Source: Gemmatimonadota bacterium (GTDB lineage: Bacteria; Gemmatimonadota; Gemmatimonadetes; Gemmatimonadales; GWC2-71-9). From it: DNA of 15,656 bases. A model generated the notes under the pieces. That model searched no databases. It had not been told where the DNA came from and saw only the letters and a program-made list of their open reading frames with translations. Shown here one piece after another: positions 6,650 through 15,656 of this stretch. The translations under genes and the position numbers were made by a program. The first letter of the stretch is position 1, and every line of letters begins with the position of its first letter. The stretch covers positions 1 through 15,656 of the forward strand of contig JAZDCY010000088.1 of NCBI GenBank assembly GCA_036679645.1, read 5' to 3'.

Positions 6650-6994
6650 CTATGCCTCCTCGGGAGTCACGCGGACGAGGTGCCGCACCTTGTGCAGCAT
6701 TCCCCGCATGGATGCGTTGTCGGCGACCGTGACCTCATACTGGTAATGGCGTAGACCGAGCGCCAGGAGCGTTCGCCTATACGTGCCCGCATGTCCGATT
6801 TCAGATCGGACCTGCTTCACACGCAGCTTCGCGCCGCCACCTTTTTGCGACGGAGCCGCCTTCTTCACCGTTTTTGCCTTTGCAACGGTCTTCTTGGCAA
6901 CCGGCTTCTTGGCAGCCTGCTTCTTGGCGGCCGCCTTCTTGGCCGTCGTCTTCTTGGTGGCCTTTTTCGTCGTCTCCTTAGCCGCGTGAGGCAC
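6650..6994 (-). CDS. rpmD: 50S ribosomal protein L30 with a Lys/Ala-rich N-terminal extension
   Basis: L30 core [11 protein letters not shown]...LGLR...[14 protein letters not shown] at 6994 is preceded by GGGAGG. Located between rpsE and rplO. Confidence 0.92.
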   Translation of the reverse strand: MPHAAKETTKKATKKTTAKKAAAKKQAAKKPVAKKTVAKAKTVKKAAPSQKGGGAKLRVKQVRSEIGHAGTYRRTLLALGLRHYQYEVTVADNASMRGMLHKVRHLVRVTPEEA

Positions 6995-7544
6995 GCTGTA
7001 CCTCCCGTTGACGCGGTCTGAAGTCGATCTCCGAGACGTCTACCCCGCGTTCACGCGCTACCTGCTCCACCGTCATCAGATTCAGCAACCCGTTCAGCGT
7101 CGCCCACACGATGTTGAGACGGTTTGGTGAGCCGAGCGACTTGGTGAGGATATCGGACACGCCGGCACACTCGAGCACGGCGCGCACCGGCCCGCCTGCG
7201 ATGATGCCGGTACCGGACGAGGCCGGCTTCAGCAACACGCGCCCCGCTCCGTGCTCGCCGATGATCTCGTGCGGTATCGTCGTACCGACGCGGGGGATAT
7301 CCTGCATGGCCCGGCGACCGCCCTCGACGGCCTTGCGAACCGCTTCCGCGACTTCGTTCGCCTTGCCAATGGCGACCCCCACCTTACCGTTGCCGTCACC
7401 GACGGCGACCAGTGCGGTGAACGAAAACCGTCTGCCACCCTTCACCACTTTAGCCACGCGGTTGATGGAGACGACGTTCTCGATGAGGTCCGACTCGCGA
7501 TCCCGCCGATCGCGGCGTTGGCCACGGTCTCGTTGCTTTGCCAT
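6978..7544 (-). CDS. rpsE: 30S ribosomal protein S5
   Basis: [20 protein letters not shown] and GTGIIAGG motifs. Start placed at ATG 7544 (MAKQR), just after the rplR stop. Confidence 0.97.
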   Translation of the reverse strand: MAKQRDRGQRRDRRDRESDLIENVVSINRVAKVVKGGRRFSFTALVAVGDGNGKVGVAIGKANEVAEAVRKAVEGGRRAMQDIPRVGTTIPHEIIGEHGAGRVLLKPASSGTGIIAGGPVRAVLECAGVSDILTKSLGSPNRLNIVWATLNGLLNLMTVEQVARERGVDVSEIDFRPRQREVQRASRG

Positions 7545-7548
7545 CGCG

Positions 7549-7920
7549 CTAAAACTCCAATCCGGCTTCTCGCGCGCCCTCAGCCACCGCCTTGACGCGC
7601 CCGTGATACGGGTATCCACTCCGGTCGAACACTACTCTCGTCATCTTTAACGCGCGCGCACGCGTGCCGAGTAGCTTACCGACCGCCCGGCTCACGCCGA
7701 CCTTCCCCGAACCCTCCACCTCGACCCCCTTGGTCAGATCGCTGACCGCAGCCAGCGTGTGCCCCTTGTCGTCATCGACGAGTTGCGCATAGATGTGCTT
7801 GAGCGAGCGGAATACCACCAGCCGCGGCCGCTTCGCCGTACCCGATATCTTCTTGCGAACTCGCATGTGGCGGCGATAACGCCGCTCGGCGCGTGTCTTC
7901 GGTCTATGAATGGGCCTCAT
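7549..7920 (-). CDS. rplR: 50S ribosomal protein L18
   Basis: [16 protein letters not shown] and [27 protein letters not shown] motifs. Confidence 0.98.
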   Translation of the reverse strand: MRPIHRPKTRAERRYRRHMRVRKKISGTAKRPRLVVFRSLKHIYAQLVDDDKGHTLAAVSDLTKGVEVEGSGKVGVSRAVGKLLGTRARALKMTRVVFDRSGYPYHGRVKAVAEGAREAGLEF

Positions 7921-8459
7921 ACCTTTGCTCCCGTCTTCCCCGCTTTCCGACGCACGTGCTCGCCAACGTACCGAATGCCTTTGCCCTTGTAGGGCTCCGG
8001 CGGGCGAACGTGCCGCAACTCAGCGGCGACCTGCCCAACGAGTTGCTTGTTGATACCTTCGACCTTCATGAGCGTGGGATTCTCAACGGAGATCGTGATC
8101 CCCTTGGGTGACGTATAGTCCACCGGGTGGGAGAATCCGACGATGAGACGCACGCCGTCTGGCGTCACTTCTGCTTTGTATCCTACACCGTGCAGCTCGA
8201 GGGACTTGGAGAACCCCGTCGAGACGCCCTCGACCATGTTCGCCACTAGGGCCCGGGTCAGACCGTGCAACGAGCGCTGCTCCCGTTCATCGTTGGACCG
8301 CGTGCACGTAACCGTCCCATCGTCAATCGTCACGGTGATATCTGGGTGCAAATCGCGCTCGAGGTCTCCCTTGGGCCCCTTCACCCTGACGTGTGTTCCA
8401 TCCAGCGTCACCTGCACGCCGCTGGGAATCGTCACCGGTCTTCTGCCGACACGTGACAT
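7917..8459 (-). CDS. rplF: 50S ribosomal protein L6
   Basis: MSRVGRRPV start and [13 protein letters not shown] motif. Confidence 0.98.
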   Translation of the reverse strand: MSRVGRRPVTIPSGVQVTLDGTHVRVKGPKGDLERDLHPDITVTIDDGTVTCTRSNDEREQRSLHGLTRALVANMVEGVSTGFSKSLELHGVGYKAEVTPDGVRLIVGFSHPVDYTSPKGITISVENPTLMKVEGINKQLVGQVAAELRHVRPPEPYKGKGIRYVGEHVRRKAGKTGAKV

Positions 8460-8467
8460 CGCTCCCC

Positions 8468-8863
8468 CTACCAGAGCACGGCGAGCACTTCGCCGCCCAT
8501 GTGGGCACGGCGGGCGTCCCGGTCCGACATCAGGCCACGCGGGGTCGAGAGAATCGCCATACCGAGACCGTTCTTCACTCGGGGGATCTCACGCACCTTC
8601 ACGTACCGTCGCAGTCCTGGGGTCGACACGCGTCGCATCTCGCGAATGACCGACCGGCCGCCATGGTACTTCAGGTAGACGCGCAGGAGCCCGTGACGCC
8701 CATCATCCAAGACCTTGTAGTCCTGGATGTAATGGTTGTCGCGCAGGAGGCGCGCCATCTCGGTCTTGAGTCTTGACACCGGAATATCGACTCGCCGGTG
8801 CCCCGCAAAGCAGGCATTCCGGATGCGAGTCAGCATATCGGCGAGGGGATCACTCATCGTCAT
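8468..8863 (-). CDS. rpsH: 30S ribosomal protein S8
   Basis: DPLADMLTRIRNA, STPGLRRY and GGEVL motifs. Confidence 0.98.
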   Translation of the reverse strand: MTMSDPLADMLTRIRNACFAGHRRVDIPVSRLKTEMARLLRDNHYIQDYKVLDDGRHGLLRVYLKYHGGRSVIREMRRVSTPGLRRYVKVREIPRVKNGLGMAILSTPRGLMSDRDARRAHMGGEVLAVLW

Positions 8864-8873
8864 AGATTCGTCC

Positions 8874-9059
8874 CTACCAGCTGGCCTTGCGCACGCCGGG
8901 GATTACACCCCGAAGCGCCATCTCACGGAAACAGATACGGCAGAGACCAAACCGGCGCAGGTACGCCCGTGACCGGCCGCACCGCTGGCATCTGCTGTAC
9001 TTACGAACCGCAAACTTCGGTTTGCGCTTGCATTTTGCGATCCAAGATTTCTTTGCCAT
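8874..9059 (-). CDS. rpsN: 30S ribosomal protein S14, type Z (zinc-binding)
   Basis: 61 aa with CQRC...LCRICFRE zinc motif. Confidence 0.97.
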   Translation of the reverse strand: MAKKSWIAKCKRKPKFAVRKYSRCQRCGRSRAYLRRFGLCRICFREMALRGVIPGVRKASW

Positions 9060-9068
9060 CGTTGACTC

Positions 9069-9674
9069 CTACCCTACCGTGACCGGCGTTTCGCCGTGGA
9101 ACGGCATGCCCATCTCGCGCAGCAGTGCCATCGCATGATCGTCGCGCTCCGCGGTGGTAACGAACGTGATGTCCATACCGTGTATCTTCTCGACCCGGTC
9201 GTACTCGATTTCCGGAAAAATCATCTGCTCTTTGATGCCGATCGTGTAGTTCCCGCGCCCGTCGAACGACTTCGTGGACAGTCCGCGGAAGTCGCGGATG
9301 CGTGGAACCGCCACACTGATGAACCGGTCGAGAAACTCGTACATCCGCGCGCCCCGCAACGTGACCGACGCTCCCACAGGCATGCCCTCACGCAGGTGGA
9401 AGTTCGCGATCGATTTCTTGGCGCGTGTCGTCACCGGCCGCTGGCCCGTGACCCTACTCAACTCATCCGTCACCGCGTCGAGCAGTTTCGAGTTCTTGAT
9501 CATCTCGCCCGCCCCGACATTCAACACGATCTTGACGAGCCGCGGGACGAGGTGAGGATTGTCGAACGCGAACTGCTGGACGAGCTTTGCCCGCACCGTT
9601 TCCCGATAATGAGTCCGCAAACGCGGCACGGGGGCGGCCACCGGAGCGCTGTCGGACGTCTTGGTATCTGCCAT
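9069..9674 (-). CDS. rplE: 50S ribosomal protein L5
   Basis: [20 protein letters not shown] and FDGRGNY motifs. Confidence 0.98.
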   Translation of the reverse strand: MADTKTSDSAPVAAPVPRLRTHYRETVRAKLVQQFAFDNPHLVPRLVKIVLNVGAGEMIKNSKLLDAVTDELSRVTGQRPVTTRAKKSIANFHLREGMPVGASVTLRGARMYEFLDRFISVAVPRIRDFRGLSTKSFDGRGNYTIGIKEQMIFPEIEYDRVEKIHGMDITFVTTAERDDHAMALLREMGMPFHGETPVTVG

Positions 9675-9677
9675 GAC

Positions 9678-10064
9678 CTATCGATTCCGCGGAATCGGTT
9701 GGCCGGACTGTACACTGATCCGCTCAACCGTCCCGTCCTTGTCTTTCCTCCGGCGCACGCGCGTCGGATTGCCAGATTGTGGGTCGAGCAGCATGACGTT
9801 GGACGCGTGGATGGGGGCTGCAAACTGCACGATGCCACCCTCCGCCTCAGCCGTTGCCCTCCGGTGCCGCTTGACCACGTTCACACCTTCGACCACAACG
9901 CGGTTCATCTTGGGGTGCGCCCGCAGGACCGTGCCTTCCTGTCCCTTGAACGCTCCCGAGATCACGCGTACCGTATCGCCCTTGGCCACGTGCATCTTGT
10001 GCCGGAAGGGCTTGGGCTCGGTCTTCTTCGTGCGTCGCGATTTCCGATGGACGAGCGGCTTCAT
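9678..10064 (-). CDS. rplX: 50S ribosomal protein L24 (basic N-terminal extension)
   Basis: KOW motif KGDTVRVISG, VVVEGVN and APIHASNV. Confidence 0.97.
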   Translation of the reverse strand: MKPLVHRKSRRTKKTEPKPFRHKMHVAKGDTVRVISGAFKGQEGTVLRAHPKMNRVVVEGVNVVKRHRRATAEAEGGIVQFAAPIHASNVMLLDPQSGNPTRVRRRKDKDGTVERISVQSGQPIPRNR

Positions 10065-10432
10065 TAGAGCACCTCTGGCGCCAACGACACGATCTTCATG
10101 AACCGCTTGTCCCGCAACTCGCGCCCCACAGGGCCAAAGATGCGCGTCGCACGCGGTTCTCCCTGGTCGGTGATCAGCACGGCCGCATTATCGTCGAACC
10201 GGATATAGCTGCCGTCTCGACGCCGCGTCTCCTTGGCTGTCCGGACGACGACGGCCCTGGCGACCTCACCTTTCTTGACCTGTCCATTCGGCAGCGCGTC
10301 CTTGATGGCGACGACGACCACGTCGCCCAGACCGGCATATCGCCGCCGGCTCCCGCCGAGTACGCGGATCACGAGCGCTTTCCGCGCGCCCGAGTTATCC
10401 GCGATCTTGAGCATCGTCTCCTGTTGAACCAC
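10064..10432 (-). CDS. rplN: 50S ribosomal protein L14
   Basis: [15 protein letters not shown] and [10 protein letters not shown] motifs. GTG start. Confidence 0.98.
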   Translation of the reverse strand: MVQQETMLKIADNSGARKALVIRVLGGSRRRYAGLGDVVVVAIKDALPNGQVKKGEVARAVVVRTAKETRRRDGSYIRFDDNAAVLITDQGEPRATRIFGPVGRELRDKRFMKIVSLAPEVL

Positions 10433-10447
10433 CGGTTCCTCCCCGCC

Positions 10448-10714
10448 CTAGCGGGCGCGCTCCACGATCTCCACGACGCGCCACCGTTTCGTCTTGGATA
10501 TCGGTCGCGTTTCCATGAGAAGCACCTTGTCTCCGGCGCGTGCGCCGTGCTCGTCATGGGCTTTGACCTGTTTCGACCGCGAGACCTGTTTGCCGTAGAA
10601 CGGGTGCGCGAATTGACGTGTCATGCGGACCACGACCGTCTTGTCCATGCGGTCGCTGACGACGACGCCCGTCCGTGTCTTCCGTCGACCACGCTTTGCC
10701 ACCTGCTGGATCAT
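10448..10714 (-). CDS. rpsQ: 30S ribosomal protein S17
   Basis: [19 protein letters not shown] and [11 protein letters not shown] motifs. Confidence 0.98.
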   Translation of the reverse strand: MIQQVAKRGRRKTRTGVVVSDRMDKTVVVRMTRQFAHPFYGKQVSRSKQVKAHDEHGARAGDKVLLMETRPISKTKRWRVVEIVERAR

Positions 10715-10938
10715 GCCTGTGTCCTCTCCTGCAGCACCGTCTTGATCCGCGCAATGTTGCGCCGCATCGCCCGGAACCGCATGGGGTTCTCGCTCGATAT
10801 GTCTTCCGTCGAAGCGCGAAACCGCAACCGGAACTGCGCCTCCTCGAGCTTGATCAACTCGCTGCGTAACTCATCGTCCGAAAGCTCCCGAAGTTGGCCG
10901 GGCTCGATCGCTTTCTGCTCCGCGTCTATAAACGCCAT
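10711..10938 (-). CDS. rpmC: 50S ribosomal protein L29
   Basis: LRELSDDEL...FRLRF...[13 protein letters not shown]. Located between rplP and rpsQ. Confidence 0.96.
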   Translation of the reverse strand: MAFIDAEQKAIEPGQLRELSDDELRSELIKLEEAQFRLRFRASTEDISSENPMRFRAMRRNIARIKTVLQERTQA

Positions 10939-10940
10939 GG

Positions 10941-11354
10941 CTACAGGTCCTCCCGCGTGATGAAGCGGGTGCGTACCGGCAACTTCGCGGATGCCAGCTG
11001 CAGCGCACGCGCCGCAATCTGCTGCGAGACACCTTCCACCTCAAACATCACTCGGCCCGGCTTGACGACCGCCACCCATCCCTCGGGGTTGCCTTTGCCT
11101 TTCCCCATCCGCGTCTCGGCCGGCTTCTTCGTGATCGGTTTGTCGGGGAAGATCCGGATCCACACTTTCCCACCACGCTTCATGGCACGCGTCAACGCCA
11201 CACGCGCGGCCTCGATCTGCCGGTTCGTTATCCACGCCGTGTCCAATGTCTGCAACCCGAACTGCCCGAACGCCACGGTGCTGCCGCGCGTGGCGGCCCC
11301 CCGTGCTCGTCCCTTCATTTGTTTCCGGTACTTCACCCGCTTCGGCGCCAGCAT
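10941..11354 (-). CDS. rplP: 50S ribosomal protein L16
   Basis: [12 protein letters not shown] start and [21 protein letters not shown] motif. Confidence 0.98.
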   Translation of the reverse strand: MLAPKRVKYRKQMKGRARGAATRGSTVAFGQFGLQTLDTAWITNRQIEAARVALTRAMKRGGKVWIRIFPDKPITKKPAETRMGKGKGNPEGWVAVVKPGRVMFEVEGVSQQIAARALQLASAKLPVRTRFITREDL

Positions 11355-11356
11355 CG

Positions 11357-12016
11357 TCAAGCTCCCGTGCTGTACGTGCGACCGCGTGCGTCTTCCACGA
11401 CCTCACCCTTGAAGATCCAGACCTTCACGCCAATAGTGCCGAACGTTGTCTTCGCCGTGCTGGTGGCATAATCCACATCAGCTCGCAACGTGTGCAGCGG
11501 CACCCGGCCTTCCCTGTAGCCCTCGGAACGCGCGATCTCGGCACCGCCCAACCGACCGGCGGCGCGAATCCGGATCCCCTGCGCGCCCATCCGCATGGCG
11601 TTCTGCAACGCGCGCTTCATAGCGCGCCTGAACGAGATCCGCTGCGTGAGTTGATGCGCGATATTGTCCGCGACGAGCTGCGCATCGGTTTCCGGACGCT
11701 TGATCTCCTCGACGTTGATTGCGATGTCCTTCGACGTGAGCTGCGCGAGTTCATCCCGCAGCTTGTCGACCTCGGCACCGCGCTTCCCGATCACCACACC
11801 TGGCCTTCCTGTGAAGATCGTGACCGACACTTTCCCCGGCCGCCGCTCGACGTGTACATCGGAGATGGCCGCGTGCCCCAGCCGAGTCTTCAGGTACTTG
11901 CGGATCAACTCGTCTTCCATGAGAAACGCCGGGAATTCACTGCGCGCGTACCAGCGCGACCGCCAAGGCTTGACGATGCCCAGCCGGAACCCGTACGGAT
12001 GCGTCTTTTGACCCAC
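11357..12016 (-). CDS. rpsC: 30S ribosomal protein S3
   Basis: [25 protein letters not shown] and [11 protein letters not shown] motifs. Confidence 0.98.
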   Translation of the reverse strand: MGQKTHPYGFRLGIVKPWRSRWYARSEFPAFLMEDELIRKYLKTRLGHAAISDVHVERRPGKVSVTIFTGRPGVVIGKRGAEVDKLRDELAQLTSKDIAINVEEIKRPETDAQLVADNIAHQLTQRISFRRAMKRALQNAMRMGAQGIRIRAAGRLGGAEIARSEGYREGRVPLHTLRADVDYATSTAKTTFGTIGVKVWIFKGEVVEDARGRTYSTGA

Positions 12017-12369
12017 TAGGCCTCCCTCTCCGCTACGCGAATTTCGATGGTGCTCATCCGTTTGAGAATCTGGACCGCGCGGCCATGCGCGGCCGCTCGG
12101 AACCGCCGGAGCGTCGGCCCTTCGTTTACGACCGCATACGACACGTACAATTGATCGACGTCGAAGGCGCGGTTCTCGCGCATCGCATCCTGTTCAGCGT
12201 TCGCGACGGCAGAACGCAACACCTTCTCGATCTGCTTTGCCGCGCGCTTTTTCGAGAACTGCAGCAGGGCGTAGGCGCTATTCACATCCTGCCCCCGCAC
12301 GTCATCGATCACGAGCCGCATTTTTCGCGGCGATTGCCGCACCCGGTACTGTAATGCCCTTGCCGCCAT
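12016..12369 (-). CDS. rplV: 50S ribosomal protein L22
   Basis: [19 protein letters not shown] and VNEGPTLRR motifs. Confidence 0.97.
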   Translation of the reverse strand: MAARALQYRVRQSPRKMRLVIDDVRGQDVNSAYALLQFSKKRAAKQIEKVLRSAVANAEQDAMRENRAFDVDQLYVSYAVVNEGPTLRRFRAAAHGRAVQILKRMSTIEIRVAEREA

Positions 12370-12378
12370 TCGGCCCTC

Positions 12379-12666
12379 CTAGGATCCGGCCTTTTTGTCG
12401 GCCGGTGCCCGACCACTGTGGCCCCGGAACAGACGCGTGGGCGAGAACTCGCCCAATTTGTGCCCCACCATGTTCTCGGTGACGTACACCGGGATGAACT
12501 TCTTCCCGTTGTGCACCGCGATCGTGTGACCGACGAAATCGGGTGTGATCGTGGATCGTCGCGACCACGTCTTGAACACGTGCTTCTCGTTGGTCGAGTT
12601 CAGGATCAGGATCTTGTCCAACAACGACTGCTGGACATACGGACCTTTCTTGATGCTTCGTGCCAT
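12379..12666 (-). CDS. rpsS: 30S ribosomal protein S19
   Basis: [16 protein letters not shown] and [13 protein letters not shown] motifs. Confidence 0.98.
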   Translation of the reverse strand: MARSIKKGPYVQQSLLDKILILNSTNEKHVFKTWSRRSTITPDFVGHTIAVHNGKKFIPVYVTENMVGHKLGEFSPTRLFRGHSGRAPADKKAGS

Positions 12667-12677
12667 CTAGACCTCGC

Positions 12678-13517
12678 CTACTTCGTCGCCTTACCGCGTT
12701 TGCGACCGCGCACGATCAACTTCGTGCTGGCCTTCTTGCGCTTCCGTGTCTTCTTGCCCTCTGGCTTACCCCATGGCGAGACGGGAGGGCGCCCGCCGGA
12801 TGCCTTCCCCTCACCACCACCGAGCGGGTGATCGACGGGATTCATTGCCACGCCGCGCACGATCGGCCGCCTGCCGAGCCACCGCTTCTTGCCGGCCTTC
12901 CCGATCCGAATCAACTCGTGTTCCGTGTTGCCAACCTGACCCACGCTGGCCACGCACTCACCACGGATCATGCGGACCTCACCGCTGCGGAGCTTGATCG
13001 TGACGTGAGCACCCTCTTTGGCCACGACCTGGGCACCCGTGCCCGCCGACCGGCAGAGTTGCGCGCCCTTGCCTGGCTTCATCTCGAGGCAATGCACGGT
13101 GGTGCCTAGCGGAATCTCGCTCAACGGCAAGCAGTTCCCGCTGCGAATGTCGCTCCCAGGTCCTGAGACGACGGTCTCCCCTACCTGCAGGCCCTTGGGG
13201 TGCACGATGTAGCGTTTCTCGCCGTCGGCGTAGATCAACAACGCGATCCGCGCCGTGCGATTCGGATCGTACTCGATCGTCGCGACCCGGGCCGGAATGC
13301 CGTGCTTATCCCTCCGGAAATCGATACGCCGATAGCGCCGCTTGTGCCCCCCACCGCGATGCCGGCTCGTCAGGTGGCCGTGGTTGTTCCGGCCACCGCT
13401 CTTGGCAAGCGGCTCGAGCAACGACTTCTCCGGTGTTGCTCGGGTGACTTCCGCAAAATCGGACACCGAACGCTTGCGCGTCCCCGGCGTCATTGGGCGA
13501 AACTGTCGAACTCCCAT
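12678..13517 (-). CDS. rplB: 50S ribosomal protein L2
   Basis: [20 protein letters not shown] and [17 protein letters not shown] motifs. Confidence 0.99.
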   Translation of the reverse strand: MGVRQFRPMTPGTRKRSVSDFAEVTRATPEKSLLEPLAKSGGRNNHGHLTSRHRGGGHKRRYRRIDFRRDKHGIPARVATIEYDPNRTARIALLIYADGEKRYIVHPKGLQVGETVVSGPGSDIRSGNCLPLSEIPLGTTVHCLEMKPGKGAQLCRSAGTGAQVVAKEGAHVTIKLRSGEVRMIRGECVASVGQVGNTEHELIRIGKAGKKRWLGRRPIVRGVAMNPVDHPLGGGEGKASGGRPPVSPWGKPEGKKTRKRKKASTKLIVRGRKRGKATK

Positions 13518-13520
13518 GCG

Positions 13521-13808
13521 CTAGCCCTCGAAGATCTCGATGCTGTCGTCGTCGTGCAGCCGCACGAGCGCCTTCTTCCAGCGGGGGCGCCGCCCCTTCG
13601 TGCGTCCGAGCGTCCGCTGTGTGGAACGCTGGATCATCGTGCGCACCTGCACCACGCGCACGCCGAACAATTCCTCCACCGCCTCACGAATCTGGGGCTT
13701 CGTGGCGTCGGGGTGCGTTTCGAATGTGTACTCGCGCAGCGCGCCGTATTGCGCAGACGATTTCTCCGTCACGACCGGCCGCACGATGCGACGGTGGAGA
13801 TCTGGCAT
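13521..13808 (-). CDS. rplW: 50S ribosomal protein L23
   Basis: RPVVTEKS, ATKPQIREAVEELFGV and WKKALVRL motifs. Confidence 0.97.
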   Translation of the reverse strand: MPDLHRRIVRPVVTEKSSAQYGALREYTFETHPDATKPQIREAVEELFGVRVVQVRTMIQRSTQRTLGRTKGRRPRWKKALVRLHDDDSIEIFEG

Positions 13809-14572
13809 CAGGACCCCTTCTTCTTGGCGGTCTTCTTCTTGGCGGTCTTCTTCTTGGCGGTCTTCGCCTTGGCCACCCGCTTGGCCGTCGATCGCTTGCG
13901 CGCCGGTGAGTTAGCGCGTTTGGCCCGTTTTTGCCGCGCCGTGCTCTTCTCAGATCCGGCTACGTGATGCCCGCCGAGCGCGACCTCCTCGACCACCAAC
14001 GCGTCCGCCCAGAGGATCTCGTAGGCCGAGACATCCCGATACCGCATGACGTGCACCCTCTGCAGATTCCGACCCGACCGGTACACGTTGGGCGAGGTCT
14101 CGGCCGTGAGAATCAGGACTTTCCGATCGGCAAGACCAAGACCCGCGAGCAACTCGAGCATGCGCCGGGTCTTGGGCTCCTCGAAGTCGAACCGCTCGAT
14201 CACATGCATCATCCCGTCAGTGGCTCGGGCGTTCAGCGCGGAGCGCAACGCCACGCGGCGGACTTTCTTGGGCAGATCCGTGCGGTAGCTCCGCGGCCGC
14301 GGGCCAAATACGACACCGCCGCCTACCCACTGGGCTGCGCGTATCGTCCCCTGCCGGGCACGACCGGTTCCCTTCTGCCGCCACGGCTTGCGGCCGCCTC
14401 CTGAGACCTCGGCGCGCGTCTTGGTCGACGCGGTACCTTGGCGCTGGTTGTTCAGATAGGCTCGTACCGCGTGATACAACGCCGCCTCGTTGACGATGCC
14501 GTCATAGTCCTCGGGCAACGTATAGCTCCCCACGCGCTTGGCGTCGGCCGAATAGTGGTGTGCCTCAAGCAT
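13808..14572 (-). CDS. rplD: 50S ribosomal protein L4 with a Lys-rich C-terminal extension
   Basis: RQGTASTKTRAEVSGGGRKPWRQKGTGRARQG motif. Start ATG at 14572 (MLEA) overlaps the rplC end. Confidence 0.97.
   Translation of the reverse strand: MLEAHHYSADAKRVGSYTLPEDYDGIVNEAALYHAVRAYLNNQRQGTASTKTRAEVSGGGRKPWRQKGTGRARQGTIRAAQWVGGGVVFGPRPRSYRTDLPKKVRRVALRSALNARATDGMMHVIERFDFEEPKTRRMLELLAGLGLADRKVLILTAETSPNVYRSGRNLQRVHVMRYRDVSAYEILWADALVVEEVALGGHHVAGSEKSTARQKRAKRANSPARKRSTAKRVAKAKTAKKKTAKKKTAKKKGS
13817..13865. repeat. 15-bp coding tandem repeat x3 (TAKKK) in the rplD tail
   Basis: CTTCTTCTTGGCGGT occurs as three perfect copies plus CTTC. Confidence 0.92.
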
Positions 14573-15212
14573 ACCGACTCCGCTTCCCCTGCTTGCGCAC
14601 GAGCACGATGCCCTTGATGGGCCCGGGAACCGCGCCACGCACATACAAGAGATTCCGTTCCGTATCTACCTTGACCACTGTCAGGCCCGTCTCCGTGTGC
14701 CGCGTGTTACCGTACTGACCGGGAAGTTTCTTGCCCTTCAGCACTCGGGACGGATCGGTTCCCGGTCCGATGGATCCCGGCGTCCGATACCGCGTGTTCC
14801 CGTGCGACGCCGGCCCGCCGGCGAACCCGTGCCGCTTCACGACACCCTGGAAGCCACGGCCCTTGGTTGTCCCGGTCACCTTCACGCGGTCCCCCGGCGC
14901 GAAGATCTGGACAGTCACAAGATCGCCGAGGCTGGGGGCGGGGGCGTCAGCCCCCACGTGCAGCGGGAAGTCTCGCAAGACGCTCGGTGCATGCTCGAGC
15001 GTCGCTGCCTTGGCGTGGCCCAACTCGGCCTTGGGCGTGCGTGTGGGTTTCTTGTCGCCGAACCCCAACTGGACCGCGGACGGCCCCGAGGGCGACTGTT
15101 TCACCTGCACGACCGGGCACGGTCCGGCCTCGATCACCGTCACCGGTAGGACGCGGCCATCGTCCTCGAAGTACCGCGACATCCCAAGCTTGCGTCCGAT
15201 CAGTCCGTTCAT
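14565..15212 (-). CDS. rplC: 50S ribosomal protein L3
   Basis: [21 protein letters not shown] and [14 protein letters not shown] motifs. Confidence 0.98.
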   Translation of the reverse strand: MNGLIGRKLGMSRYFEDDGRVLPVTVIEAGPCPVVQVKQSPSGPSAVQLGFGDKKPTRTPKAELGHAKAATLEHAPSVLRDFPLHVGADAPAPSLGDLVTVQIFAPGDRVKVTGTTKGRGFQGVVKRHGFAGGPASHGNTRYRTPGSIGPGTDPSRVLKGKKLPGQYGNTRHTETGLTVVKVDTERNLLYVRGAVPGPIKGIVLVRKQGKRSRYA

Positions 15213-15214
15213 CG

Positions 15215-15529
15215 CTATCCGACCTTGATCTGGACGTCCACGCCGGCCGGGAGGTCCAGTTTCGTCAGAGCATCGACCGTCTGCGGGCGGGGCTCCTTGA
15301 TGTCGATCAGGCGCTTGTGCGTCTTCAACTCGAACTGCTCCCGACTCTTCTTGTCGATGTGCGGGCTCCGCAACACGGTCCAGCGTTCCAACTTCGTCGG
15401 AAGCGGAATTGGACCGCAAACAGCGGCGCCAGTCTTCTCGACGGTGCGCACGATATCTGCCGCAGCCTGGTCCAGGACCGCGTAGTCGAACGCCTTGAGC
15501 CGAATTCGAATTTGTTGTGCAGCAGCCAT
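15215..15529 (-). CDS. rpsJ: 30S ribosomal protein S10
   Basis: [16 protein letters not shown] and [14 protein letters not shown] motifs. Confidence 0.99.
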   Translation of the reverse strand: MAAAQQIRIRLKAFDYAVLDQAAADIVRTVEKTGAAVCGPIPLPTKLERWTVLRSPHIDKKSREQFELKTHKRLIDIKEPRPQTVDALTKLDLPAGVDVQIKVG

Positions 15530-15538
15530 GAGTCTCTC

Positions 15539-15655
15539 CTACTCGATGATCTTCGTCACTACCCCGGCGCCTACCGTCCGGCCGCCTTCCCGAATCGCAA
15601 ACCGCAGCCCCTCCTCCATCGCTATTGGAGCAATCAGCAATATCGTCATCTTCGT
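15539..15655 (-). CDS. tuf: Elongation factor Tu, C-terminal part (truncated by window edge)
   Basis: Manual translation gives [38 protein letters not shown]. Confidence 0.97.
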   Translation of the reverse strand, partial: TKMTILLIAPIAMEEGLRFAIREGGRTVGAGVVTKIIE

Positions 15656-15656
15656 G

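Noticed and set aside
4402..6732. 776-aa plus-strand ORF
   Set aside because: It is an antisense shadow of adk, secY and rplO, as expected from GC-rich codon bias, and has no recognisable domain. The same applies to the other plus-strand ORFs over the operon.
1..15656. CRISPR array, tRNA or rRNA genes
   Set aside because: No regularly spaced repeats or RNA gene signatures were seen.

Overview
About 12 kb of the window (3499-15656, minus strand) is the conserved tuf-S10-spc ribosomal superoperon: 3' end of tuf, rpsJ through rplO, secY, adk and map. The genome is GC-rich, and the L24 N-terminal extension and gene styles suggest Gemmatimonadota (inference only). The usual infA-rpmJ-rpsM genes do not follow map. 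Instead a 3.5 kb accessory tract (1-3498) holds a broken AraC-like regulator, a Cys-rich secreted protein, a secreted 6-bladed beta-propeller protein, a collapsed gene remnant and the right end of an IS256-family element. The most notable structure is two extra pieces of the map 3' end in this tract (372-612 and 795-844). They differ from the intact map almost only at synonymous sites and also differ from each other. This suggests cargo has been repeatedly stacked behind map using diverged map alleles as the recombination anchor, then eroded by deletions.
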